DNA from: Botryllus schlosseri
Taxonomy: Eukaryota
Length of the DNA stretch: 64,000 nucleotides
Assembly (NCBI GenBank): GCA_051294905.1
Contig: CM119386.1
Span: 2,232,001-2,296,000, forward strand
Reading direction: 5' to 3'
Below the pieces are notes generated by a model, which was not told the origin of the DNA, ran no database searches, and saw only the letters and a list, made by a program, of their open reading frames with translations. A program made the position numbers and the translations under genes. Of this stretch, positions 1 through 13,900 are shown one piece after another. Position 1 is the stretch's first letter; each line of letters opens with the position of its first letter.

Positions 1-485
1 TCTGTTATAGAATCCGTTCTATTGAGCTTGAAAAAAAAAATATCTTCAACTGAACTTTTGACTGTTGTTAGAAATACGTTATTATTTATATGATGATTGA
101 TTTTATTTCCTCAGAGCGTCTCAATACACTGAAGGAGGTTTGGGTGATGCAAAAATATTGGGGGAGTATTAATGGCAAATACCCAGTTGCGCATTCAGTG
201 TCAGTAAACTAAATTGGAATTCATATTAGAAAAGCCTTTCACAGTGTACACTGAAATATGCCAAGAGTGTGCCACAGCATGGGTAAAATCTGTGAATCAG
301 TATGATAGATTCACATAATTGCATTCCGTGATTAAGAAAATATGATTACTGTGTATTTTCTTATAAAACGAGATGGACTCTACCTCATGAGGAGGCTGAT
401 CTCAAACACATAGACAAGTTGAAAATTTGCACCGTTCCATTATATCGACTGCTAAAAATAACAACATGCCCCGCACTTTTCAAAG

Positions 486-1490
486 ATCGATCCGAAACCG
501 TTTTACGCCACTTGTATCGAAGAAACCTGCACTTGCGAAACTGGCGGGCAGTGCGAATGCTTTTGCTCCGCAGTAAAGGCCTACGCAGAGGCCTGTGGTA
601 GGAAAGGAGCCATATCCAATTGGAGACTTGTGACAGGATGCCGTGAGTACAATGGTGATTCTTACTTCTAATTGTAGAGCAATATCACTGACGTTTTCCT
701 TGCAGCTGTCGAATGCCGCGAATTTACCAGTCCTGATTCGAATTTGTGTGATATCAAATACGATCCTTGCAAGCCTTGTGTGAAGACTTGCTGCAGCAGA
801 TGCGCAAGAGGCTGCTTCGAAGGCTGCTTCCCAAGGTATTCTTGTTGTTCAGCATAGTGTGCTCATTTGTTTGTGAAGTTATCATGGTTTCGCTGCAATG
901 GCCAAGTCATGTTTCTACCCATGTTGGAAACGGTATGTATATTAAGGTGGATATCACTTCTCTCTGATCATCCTTTTGTATCAAGCATAGACAGCAAAGT
1001 TTGAATATCATTTGATCCATAATCATAGTACCATAGCAAGATAGTGTAATGGTGATGCGTTCGGCTTCTTGATCGGCAGGTCGTGGGTTCGATCCCCGGC
1101 CGGGTAAGACCAAAGACTCAAAAACTGGTATCCGCGGCTATCCTGCTAGGCGCTCAGCAATCACCGATAGCATGGAGGAGAAAAAACGGGGTGCAGACTA
1201 GATGACCTTGCTATAAAGGCTGTATCGCATCTCTGTCGTCAAAGCATCCCGATGGTGCAGGCGAAAAAGAATACCCCTTATCTTCTCTCTCCCTTATTAT
1301 GAATTTTTGAATAATGAACCAAAACATATTATTAGTATTATTCAAGGACTCATCAAACACCGCAAACTGAATCCTGTTATCGATATCTATTCTTTTTCCA
1401 GTTGCACAAATGGTACAGTGTTCGAGCCTAAGAATGGAACGTGCGTCCCAGAGAAGGATTGTCTGTGTGAAAAAGCTCCTACTCATATCA
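486..1490 (+). CDS. D3 assembly C-terminal part: C8-3, TIL3, E3 (exons 486-642, 706-835, 1402-1490)
   Basis: [120 protein letters not shown]. The Cys pattern parallels vWF D3 ([27 protein letters not shown]...WRTATLCP). Phases 0-1, 1-2, 2-1. Confidence 0.93.
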
Positions 1491-4400
1491 GTAAGTACAT
1501 GCAATTACCATTTCCGAATTGAATTAAGTATATCATTCAAAGTATGCTTGTGATGAACTCGACTGCTTGAGTGTTCGACTACATACATTGCGATGCAGGA
1601 AAATTCTGATATTTTTCTCATTTGGCCAAAGTTTTGTATTTTTAACAAGTCATACGATGAGACGAGTTTTTGTATGACATTTATGGAATATTTACGGAAT
1701 ACCATCGTGACGCATTTTATGAATCTAATCTTGTTAATAGGTAGCTCTGCCATTAGAAAATATATCGCTTTCTTGCTCGCAAAATTCGATTTTAGCTGTT
1801 TCACATTTGCCTGAGGTAAACTATCTTACTTCTCACAATTTTGGATCTCAATTATAAAGAACAAATTAAAACCAGATGTGTACTGTGCAATAGCCACCGC
1901 ATATTGTACAATGTATATGCTTTACCTTGTAGTATGGAGATGAAGGACCCAACTTTCTAATAAAATTTGGACTGAATTTGGATTGCTAGCCGAAGCAACA
2001 GTAACTGATGAATAAATAGTCATAAATATTCCCAAAAATAATTGCATTGATGAAAACAAAATGACGCATCAGTAGATTTCCTGTAGCATTTGAATTACAA
2101 AGCAATGTCTCTATGATTTAGTGACACGGTTTTCTTTTATCGAATTGTTGAATTGGTAGCTAAGTAATTGATGAAACATGCCATGCACATTTGAAGCTAT
2201 CAACTACCTTTTCCAAGTACAGCATTTGCAACATAACAATAATATCAACCTAACATATCTACTTTCTTAACAGTTCCAACAGAAGCAACCTCAGGTATGT
2301 ATTATACAATATATTTGATATATTGTACCGCACTACTTTCGATTTTGGACGATGTTCATTCATGGGAGTGGTGTGTGTGATTAGTAGTCCAATGTAGTAG
2401 TCCTAAATAATAATCATCAAACCGATTTCCAATGGGTGGACTGGGTAACTATTGCCTAAAATGATGACTGTTGTCAATAGAGTGAATAAGGATATTTCGT
2501 AATTCAGGCATTGTCAGTGGTCAAAAATGCACTACTGGATAAAGATCAACTTGAATGCTAGCAGTTACTGATATTATGCCTTCAATTGGCAAACATTATT
2601 CAGTAAAATCTGTTCAGCTTTGCGAAATTTAAAGAATTGAAAATTCAGGCACTTTTTTGTGCAAATTGCTCAACCTTAGACAAATGTGAACTAAACATGG
2701 TGAAGGGTAGATCTGTATTTCATTTGACAGCTTTGGAATCCACTTTTATTAAACTAAGCAACCCACTAGCTGTCTTTGCTTAGCTATTGTTCGTCCATGC
2801 TTTTGTGCAATTTTTCTCCTGTGTTGCTGCATTGTTTCACTGTATTTGTATTCTGTTCCTCACTCGCACCACTTTTTCAAGCTGCTTGTTGCTATATACG
2901 CTGCATTGTTGCTATGGTTCAATTTCCATTCATGTTATTTATAAATTTTCATTATTGCATCACAATTTGCCATTTGGTTTTGAATCCAACCTTGTTCGAG
3001 TCAATGAAATATGAATGTACTGTTAAAAGCAGAGACAAAGAAGTTTGTCAGACCTCATTATTTACGATCCTGCTGCGGATCTAATATATTGCTGTTATTC
3101 TACTGTAAATACAAGCAATTGTCCTAACATCCTTGGCCTTGGATGTGTGTTATGCTTCATCTTTCATCTTCACTATTACTGTTACCGAATAATCATCTAT
3201 CAAATTGCAGGTGCCACACCTACAATCACAGGTAGGAATTGAAATTTTACATCACCAACGAGTTTATCATGGTGAAGTTATTTTACATTTGAATTGTTAA
3301 TTATCATTGTTTTATCATTCTTGTCGCTACTAATTTTATGATACCGGTATCCTTTGTATTAATCATTCAAACGTGTGTGTACCATATCATACAGAATTAT
3401 TTGCTACTACAACAAGTCCAACGGAGGAAATTGCCACCACCACACCAGGTAAATATATGCCTATGGCTTTGAACTTCACTTCACAAATTTTAATAATGTG
3501 CTGTATCAAAATATAATGGAGTGCCGGAATGCTGTTACATCCCCCACAAGCAAACAAGAGATGTCTGCTCAAATGTACCTTATTTATAATTGTATCATCT
3601 AGCTTATCGTCTATGCCCCAATACGTGCTCAACGAATGCTGGGAAGAAAAAGGTAAGATAGATTTGTCCCACATTCTCATGTAGCCTCCTGAACATCTTT
3701 TGATTTTGCATTTATCATAGAATTTTTGTCAATTGGAATGGTTGAGTATCATTGACATATCCTGCAACATATGTTAGTCTTTCTTTAGCAAGGTCAGTGA
3801 ACTTTCACTGCATATAGTAGTAGGTATTTCACAGTAGTTATTTCGACATAAGTCATACACCTGGCATACTGAAATCACGATAATCTATGATAGTTGTATA
3901 AATGATTTATATGTAAAACTACAATATATATTATGTACAATGATGGTAAATAAATACATTTTTAATTCTTTCAAAAATAAATCCAAAGTGTTACCAGACT
4001 CAAAAAGACCTGGCATTCGGCCATATGTGGAATCATATCAGTGTGACTTTGATCGGAATCCAGCTCCAAGACTTTGCATTATCCCAAGTCCTAAATACTA
4101 ATGCTAATGCAACCGAATTCCCCCACAACAATTATAACTGATGATAAGCTGTACTATAATTCCCCTTGTCACCGCATATTGCATCACATGCCAGATGTTC
4201 CATGTTTTACAATTAAAAATCATTTGTGCGCCAAACTGTTTACGTGCTGTCTTAACCAACATATCTATTGGTTGCGATTTTGGTGCTGTGAATAAATGTC
4301 TGATATTATTTGCTTCATCATATTATGGCACAGAGTCGGAATAATTTCTGCATTTATTTTATGCATTATGAGTTTTTGGTAAAGATATCTTGTCGTGTAG

Positions 4401-7400
4401 CTTGCTTGATTAACTCGATTGCATGCCAGCCACCAAAATTTATGATTTTTATCGTTACCAATGATTACCTGCACCATTGTAGTGGCTCCATTCTTGGCTA
4501 TTTCTCATTGGGAATTACCGTCCGGTAACCGAGTATGATTTTTTCTAGTCCTATGGTGAAACATGGCTTGAGGGATGCGTGGAAGTAACTTGCTATGAGG
4601 ACGAGAATGGATGCGCCAATACTACCAAGAAATTGACAACGTGCAATGATCCTCCAGTATGCAAAAGCCACGAGAGACAAGTTTTCCTTGTAAGATTGAG
4701 ATTACATTTTATCGTGCTTCAACTTATTAAAACAGGTGACACACTCCAAGCCGCCCTTAAATACTTGATATCTCAATTCAAGCACAGTGATGATGCAACA
4801 CCTGAGAAACTGCACTATTTTCCATATTGGTAGACAGTAAGCAGGCCAAAAATACAACGTAAACATCTATAATATATGGATTCATTTTGTACCATTTGTG
4901 CTTAAAATCCACTTCATAACTCCCTTTTCACATTAGTTCTGTGTATGGTTTAAAAAATTTATTTGGAACCAAAGCCAAATATATGATGTAAAAATGTCTT
5001 TTCAGAGAACTGATGAATGCGATTGTGATCACTTCGAGTGTGAATGCAATCTATGCACACACAAAGGGAAGACGTACAATGTTTCACAAAGGTGGCTTGA
5101 TGGCGATTGCGTCAATATGGTAAATCAAACTTCCAGTAATCGCCGACTGTGTTCAACGATGATTTTTGGTTTCTAAAGATATCAACCCATTGGCTTTTAT
5201 TAAGTATTTCGGAATAGTACTTTTAGGTATTCAAGTCATTGGCATTATACAGAAGGCTAGGAATTCTGAAACTGTTAAATTTGCGGATCACAAAACAGTA
5301 TGTATGTATGTATGTTCTAGTCACAATGAGAGCTGCATGTGGGAAATAATGTATTGCTTTCTGGACCGCTTTTATCATTGTTGTCAAGGGATGCCATGCC
5401 TGTAGAGTAGTTGGTATAGGAATTAAAGTAGTCTAAAGCAAAGCTGCTACGGCCAAAACCTGCATCAAAAAATGAAAAAGTTCTTCAATATCAATATAAT
5501 GATCAGGAGGTTACATAGAAACCTGTTATATAAAATGATATACATCCGTGGTTCTCAACCGGGCTCCGCAAAGCATTTTCATGGGGTCCGCAAAACCTTC
5601 AAATTTGCAAATGGTTAATAACCTAATTTGTATTTTTTTAATTAGAGTAATCTCGAGGCAGTTTTGCTTCATAACTGCTAAAACTTCATAACTCACATAA
5701 ACAGAATGGCCATCTAAGATGAAATATTCTACCGTGCAAACTCATTTTAATTGTCAAATTGCCAATAGCCTACTGATACAAACATATTGCTGTTTAGAGA
5801 TGTTTTGTTGGGGTTTTGAAAAAAAATGACAAGCTGGACCTGCTGGATAGAAATGACTATGCTGGACGTTTTATGTTCACTAAAAATCTGTTTCCTAATT
5901 TTGGTGCCATATATGTTGCGATCATACCAAAAGGTGTCGTCGGAAGCGTTGATCATTATCAATACAACACCTAGCTTTGTGGAAATAGATTTTCGGCACT
6001 CGTTCATATCAAATACATGGCGCGGATGTTCAACACAACTGCGTAGTTCAAGAAATTTAGCTACAGAATTTGCTGTGAAATAATAAAAGTGTTCCAATTT
6101 ATACATAGTTTAGATTGTGATGTTGTGTTTAAGAAAAGTCATTTTGTTGCTGTTTATCACTAGCCTACAGTTGATATTTGCACAGGACAGATGACGGTTG
6201 CATGACAATAGAGCTAAATTGGAACTAAAACTTTGAGGGTCCACGGGGTTCCGTGATGGTCCAAAATGGGTCCGCGAAGATAAAAAAGTTGAGAACCACA
6301 TATTTACATCTTTTCTGAAAGCACTACAAACTACTCGTTACGCCTGATAGTGACACACATCAAGCTGAAAAGAGGATCGGGTTAGAAGGATTGGGTTCAT
6401 TAACTGGTGAAACATTGCATGATATTATAGGTGACGTGCAGATATCATCTCGGATTCTTTACGTCACAATGGATCCATGATTTAGCAACATTGTGGGACT
6501 GATTAGGCCCTCTCATGTTTTCATGTTAGATATATAAGGGGAATAGCTTAGCTTTTACAATATTAATCATCCCACTCTTCCTATACTTTCATAGTTAAGC
6601 AACTGATCTCTGGCCTCAAATCTCTGAATTTTGCAGGAATGTGAAAGAGCCTCATGTCCAGACCCAGTTATCGACAGTGACCGTAGGAAATTCTGCCCAC
6701 AAAAAGCACCCAATATCACGTGTCAGAGATACTACAAGACCATGCCAGACGACAGCGATCCTTGCTGCCCAAAAAAGAAGTGCGTCAACAAATTTTGCAG
6801 TATGACGCATTTGTGGGGGTGAACTCGTTTCATGTTTTAGATGCGTTTGTGACCCAACTCTCTGTCCGACAAGCCCATCGTGCTTGGCGGGAATTCGACT
6901 CGATTCAGACAGAACTAATGACTGCTGCCATGTCTATAAATGCAACCCGACCTGTGTGTACAACGGAAAAGAATACACCGTAAATACATTTTAATGCATT
7001 CCTTGTTATAGTATATTCATATTGAAAGGAACCCGAATATTTTCGGCTTGCACAAGTTTGTCAATGGTAATTGTCAGGAACTAGTAGGGAATGGAAAAGA
7101 ACATCGTCAGCATTCCCTTGTGGGAAATATTTAAAAGACTCAATAAAAGATTTGGAGTTTCTTATTCATTCCGAACTGTCTATAGAGCAAAATTTTGTTT
7201 TTCTCCCAATAAATATCAATCAATAACGCATTTAAAAATGCAGATTCATCCTAATAATTCATTCGGTCGTGCGCTTGTTACGATTAACGCTTTGTGCATA
7301 AATGCATAGAAAGTGATTAGACTCTCACTGTAACTTGAACTTTGTCAATGGGAAATTCCGATTTTTCTTGCCAATAAGCATCAAGCTTCAAAACACTCCA

Positions 7401-7931
7401 CATTAGAGTGGCAGTGTAGTAGTTAGCGTTGTGGGTTACAGTATGATTAATGTAAGCATCTCAGTGCCATTTGATCTGCATGGCGTTTTTTCATCAAAGT
7501 CAAAGTGCTAAACACCATTAACCCTAAACAACAACAAAATACTATTAGATTGTCATTAACCTTCTAAAGGTGAGAATAAACACCCATGTAATTTTGATAG
7601 AGTGTGATGTTATTGATTCCGCTACTCTACCGAATTCTTCGTAGATGCTAACCGATTCCTCCATTTCCTAGAATGGCAATTTAGTTTCACGAAGTCAATG
7701 CTTCGATGAATTCTGCCGGTGCGATGAAGACACGTGCAGCGTGAACAAAGAGAACGTGGTGTCCTGCGCCGGTGTTAATACAAGAAAATGCATCAACGAG
7801 GATGTAGAACATTTCGGATCACTTCCAGTTCGGGACGGATGCTGCACTACATACAAATGCAATTGTAAGACTTCTTATAATTTTGTGCTTTGACATCGCC
7901 CTCACTATTACTGCTTCGGGCAGACCTGCAT

Positions 7932-7972
<41 letters not shown>

Positions 7973-10900
7973 TATGACGTTGAGGCAAACCTAGAATTGT
8001 TCAGACATGAAGTACTTTTACATTTCCGGAGTACTACTGCCCCTTTCATTCTTCACATACATCTACTAATTGATATTTTAATACCATGTTGGCCTGATCT
8101 CTCTATTGAATCCTAATATTGTGTGCACTGCACACATTGCCTGGTACCAAGACTTTTAGTACCAACGGTTCACGGTGGTGATTTCAGACGACCCCTAATT
8201 AAGTTGCCTGTAAAATGGGCAAGAAAAGGCACCGGTCACTCAACAGGATGACTGTTAATTGGTAAAGGTATGTGAATGGAGATGAAAACGAACAACTGTC
8301 GGATGTCTGTAGGAAAATTTCATTAAGATTTGAGATGCCAAATATGCAACTCTATTTTCAATATAACTCACAGTCATCTCGGAACCAAAACCCACAATGT
8401 GGAACCACAACATGTGATAGGTACTAGAAACCACATAATTAATTTAATGTTCAGGTGAATGTCGAGTTTATGGTGACCCTCATTACAACACATTCGATGG
8501 CAAATATTATGAATTTCAAGGAGTGTGCCAATACACATTAGTCAAGTATCGGGATTCCAATGATCTACACATCATCGGGTGAGTTACGTTTTGATCTATA
8601 TGTATTGGCATATGCTTCAAAAGCCCACGTATTGAAGATATGACAAACTTATCTTATTAATTTCAACAGACATTGGAATATGAATTCATGCTAGGGATTT
8701 CGTAAATTCTGCACCTAGATATCTAGCTAGCTAGATGAAGAGCGCTTTGAATTTAGTCGAATATGAATAAAAAGTTAGATGTTTGATTAGGCATCCAGAA
8801 TCGACGCACTCATGCCACAAATGTAATATTTTGCCAATTTAGGAGACATTATGATGTCTCTGATTAGCAGCATCAGCAAATATATATATGTAAAAAAGTA
8901 GATTTGGTTGAGTAATCAAATGCCTTTTTGCAGTTGATCGGAAGTGACTGCTTTCAAAATTACAACATCTATATATTCATGGCAAACTCAAAATGGCTAA
9001 AGACACTACAAATATATGCAATCATCAAATACATATTTAGTTACTGTGAGAAGAGGGTTATTTCGGTGTGATTTTCATGGTGAATTCACCCATAAGAAGT
9101 GATGCAAACTAAAATTACCTGTTGTACAAGTAAGCAGTTCAACCTAAAAATGGTTCAAGTAGAAGTGGAATTAGTCTGAAAGCATGATAACTTGAGTAAG
9201 TAATGAAAGCAGGCAAAACCTATTTCAGTACTGAAGTACTCCGAAACGGTACAAGTACTTTGTTACTGACCACGTCAGGTTGTAATATATTCTGATCGCT
9301 CTTTCTTTCAGCGACAACCAAGGCTGTAGTCCGGGTGGGAAAGCCGCAAGTTGTCTCAAAGACGTCATTATTCACTGGAAAGGCATAAAAATAGTGATCG
9401 GAGTTGATAACAAAGTAATTTTCAATCAAAGACCTTTCAGTAATATGTACTGACACATAAACTTTATACAGCTTGAAATCAACGGAGTACAAACTCCACG
9501 GAGACGCCTACCACGGCGAATAACGCGAGACGTCCGTGTTTCTGTACGTCGAACTGGCGAAGTCGTCGTACGCATCTCACCCATTGCTTTGACTCTGTAT
9601 TACCGTGTCGTTGACGGCATCGGGAATGTCAATATTAAAGTACCAATGAGCAAACTGCATAACAACACCGTCGGACTTTGTGGTGAGATCTGCTTGCTAG
9701 TGTCTAGGAATAGGAATAGGATGTAGTATAGTTTTGTCCTTATGCTTTTTTTGCAGCATATACACGACTCATGATAAACATACTCAAGATCTCTGCATAT
9801 ACATACCATGAGTGCATGATGTGCATATGCCTCTGTACAAAAAAGTATAGATGTAGCCTTGTATGGCTTTCTGAGTCTTGCAACACTGCTCTGTGCTATC
9901 CCGGTGATGCTGATCGCCAAGCAGAGAAGTCATTGATACCAGTGTTACTAATCAAGTCTTTGGTCTGACCCGGCCGGGGATTGAACTCACAATCTACCAA
10001 TCAAGAAACCGGACGCTTGTCTAGTGAATCGTTGGATATTTCATCTTTCTCAAATGGTTGTAACAGATATGTCTTGACACAGTCGCGGAGAATTAACTTC
10101 AGTCATAAGGCTCGATTACATGGGTTAAGTCAGCTTCGAAACTCGTTGGTCTTGTACGATTGAATGGTGTATATATGTTGAGATGAACCCGAATGTTTTT
10201 CGGCTGATGCTCGTAAGGGGTATTGTCAGCAACTATTAAGTACTACAGAGTAGGCAATCTTATGCCTGGGACGTCACATTTGGTGATGCGACTGTTGATT
10301 TACAAAGTTCTTCTCAATTCTCTACTAATTGCGTATGATCACCCCTGGCGAGTTACTCTTCGAGTATATTTCAATACCAGTGTATTATTCTATAGTGTGT
10401 TGAAGTTCTGTACCTCAGAGTCTCTTCGTTAGTCAAGCTTTCACATTTTTGACAAGGGGAAGAATTCAAATGGCTACACGTTGCTTTACGCTGAACTGTT
10501 TTGAGAAGTAGTTTACAAGCTGCAAAAGCAGTTCTGCTTTGCTTCAGTACATATTTAGTGAAGCCACTTTAGCACAACATGAACAGATTTTTACATGTGC
10601 AATCCCTGGATATAATCAATAACTGCATTTAGCATTCTTATTTTTATTCTTTTCATATATCCGCATGATATTTAAAGGCGTAATGCTGCAGTACTGAATT
10701 GAGTACCCATAGCGAACGGCTGGTTGCTGCTGCCTGGCTTATTAACAATAGAACGGGCACGTTGAGTATCCTTGCTTGTCGCAGCGCAAAAGAACATAGG
10801 TGTATGCAGGACCGTAACTGTCGCACCCCAAACCCCCCAATTGGGGGGGGGGGGGCCGAGCTCGAAGGGGGCCCAAAATTATTTCATAAATTAGCAAAAT

Positions 10901-13900
10901 TATAGAGTATTTTTTGAAAATTTATGCAGCTTTTTCAAAAAATTTTCGCGCCGGGCGCGATTTCTGGTTGCCAGACTTCTTGATTATTGGGTACTCTTCA
11001 CCTAAGAAAAAATACGCAAGGTTTATAGAAATGGGCATATCGGCGTTGGCCATTACCGCGCCACGTCACACCGAGATCTAAAGTTTTAGGTAATGTAACA
11101 TGCGACTCCAAGAGATGTGCCAGAACGATCGGCAGCGAGAAAACCTTGGCCGAAAAGTACTGCGCTTATGCCGATACATATAAGTGCATTTGTCCAATGT
11201 CCATAGGCGCCTAAATGACTGGCGCCGAATGTTCCTGTCTTGGCAATCTGAACCTCACAAGACAAATAACATCCCACACGAGAAAATTTATATGCCAGTG
11301 AAGAAATACCAATTTCAAATCGTGTGCGTGTTAGTACGTTTATGCGATTGATATTGCGGAGGTCACGAAATAACATCATGTAACGAAGTCATACCACCGG
11401 GTCCGCCCGCCCGAAGATGTTTAATTATTATTTACGGGCCTTACAGTTTCCAAGAGACCTCACTCAGCTCTACCGGTAAATCTGATTACGCGAGCAGAGA
11501 GGACAAGAAATTGATGGCAATATATATGCAATTCTCGATCTTATTGACCGATTTTATTATGAATCATTGAAAATTTTTGCGCGTGGCGCGTGCTTACTAA
11601 ATAATACTACTAATTACGTGGTAAAAGCGAACAACGTGATAGAGGGGGGAGAGTCGGTTTATCACCCTATGGGATCCCAAGACCCAAGTTCTTAAGGGGC
11701 CTGACGAAGTACTGTTTCGTTCCTTCCTACAGATATGTTTAATTATTATTATTGATGAGTGGTCCTACCTTTTCAAACACACCTCACTCCGCTCTACCAG
11801 TAAATCTTAATACGTGAGCAGAGAGAGGATAAAAATTGATAGCAATATATATGCAATAGTCGATCATATTGACCGACTCAATCATTAATTATAAAAAATC
11901 TTTACGCTTCGCGGGGCTAGACAAGACAGTGTTACACAGAGTTAATCCAGATGATAAATAGCGGAAATAGCGTAGAGGCTGAGGGCGGTTTATCACCCTA
12001 TGGGGGGCCCGAGACCAACGTTTTGGGGGGGGGGCCTGACGAAGTGCTGTTACAGCCCTGGGTGTTTGCAGACTTGGACAACTAGATAATTCTAGTTGTC
12101 AATTTCACTAAATTACAGCAAAATGCCAGTAATCTAGTTATAATCTAATTTATGAGATGTTTCTATGCTCTAAGTTAAATGTTTCTATACTCTAATTTTG
12201 ATTCTAATCTAATTTACTGTTTTCCTGAAAATGCCTCTTTGTCCGTGGCATTTTGCAGTGAGTTTCGCGCAGAGAAATCGGGTGCCAAGCCGCCATCAAA
12301 ATACTTACGGTGATATTGTGACAAATAATAGCCATGTTAGGATAGTAGCTTGTAGTCTGTGAACAGCCTTCTAGTTTCGATCACAAACATACCAGCAACA
12401 AAGAAAAAAAGATAGTTAATACAAGCTTGTTCACTTTCATGCCCTCAACTACATCAAGAAAAAAGAGGATAATTGCTTCAGATCTAAGCAGAGGAAAATA
12501 TTCTGAGACGATGAAGTGGAAAGATATTTCGCAGCAGAGCGTGAGAGCCTGGACTGTGATGCTTTGAGTTGTTGGAAAAGAGAAAATCGCTTTCCTCATC
12601 TCAAGGCTTTCAGCCATGCAAGAGAAATGTATAATGCAGGGGTCGCTATTCGCCAACTCAAAACGCATTACAGGTCACTTTTCAAATTTCGTAGAGGTCG
12701 CGGGCCCAAGAATGCAATATCGGGATAAGATAGGCCACACAGTTGAGCAACCACGTTTTTAAAATTTTACGTTAGTACAACGCCGTGCTCACTAACATAG
12801 TCGGTGGGCATGGTTTCCACAAAAGAAGTAATATTTTATTGAAGTACAAAACGAGCCAAGCTTGGTGTACAGACGTTAACCATTCTCTTGGGTATCGGAA
12901 TGCACTGTGATTAGATATGAACCAAACTTGATTTAGCTGTATTTCTTTCTCATTCTCAATTTCTTTCAATATCCAAGTTTTTGCAAATTCAGTAATTCTA
13001 ATTATGATATAATTTGAAATACACTGTGTGGTGTGGTGTGGTGTAATTCTAATTCTAATCTAATATGGAAGAGCTGAAAATTTTTTAGTTGTCCAAGTCT
13101 GGCTGTAGGAGATGTTCCTTCATCAATTTACTGCGCAAATGTGTTTGTAGTGGCCGTACATGTTACCTTTTGATGTAGCTGACAGGTAAAATCGTCCATG
13201 TAAACTAGTGCTTTTGTCGAGAATATCACAAGATGTTTTGGGCATTTGGAAATACGGAAAAGGACAAAATTCCAATCAATGACACGACGACACATATCAA
13301 TCATTGTGCAGAGACGAGAAATGGCGTCGTGATGTCAGAGTCCTTCCTAACCAGTGCAAAAATGGAGCGACTGCTTTGAACCATCATTTTCAAAATCCGA
13401 ATCCGATTCAGAAACTGATTACATCCTTCTTATTCAGGAACTTGCTCGAACGACCGCAACGACGACTTTGAAACTAGTCACGAGAACAGTACAGATGACA
13501 AAGATGAGTTTGGCAACAGCTGGCTTCATAATAAGACACAAGACAATTGCTTGCCTTGCAAAGAGTCCAAGAAACCAGAGTGCATGACATGCGACCAGCT
13601 TAGAAAGTAAGAAACATTGCCCATTTGATTTGGGAGTTTCTGGTGTTTATGACAAAGTTCTCGAAAAATCATCTGCCTTGTCTTAGTAACATTTCGGGGC
13701 ACTGGAGTTAGTACTGATTTTTGATGTTGCATCAATCAATATCTTCACTGGTCTCGGTAGTTCAGTCTATACGTTCAATTTTCCATTTCATGAAACGATG
13801 ATTTTGCTTGACACGGGCACTAAATGGTTTGTTCTAAATCTGGCCCCATTGGATTAAGCGCTGCATATTCCAACTGCAGTAATGGTGTCTGTCTTCTCAA

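Noticed and set aside
115-300. Possible upstream exon after TTTCCTCAG at 114
   Set aside because: No frame gives the Cys-containing sequence expected before IDPKPFY in C8-3; two frames hit early stops. The preceding exon probably lies outside the window.
1036-1110. Functional tRNA gene
   Set aside because: A and B boxes are present, but the acceptor stem does not close and the sequence continues into a dispersed repeat body, so it is a SINE head.
1796-1815. Candidate 20-nt micro-exon (TTTTAG|...GAG|GTAAAC)
   Set aside because: It ends in phase 0, whereas the next exon needs phase 1, and the peptide is not PTS-like.
6780-6840. ORF read-through [13 protein letters not shown] and a short repeat (TGCGT) at both intron boundaries
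   Set aside because: Explained by a 61-nt GT-AG intron. A 5-nt repeat in Cys/Val-rich coding sequence is too weak to claim TSD-type intron gain.
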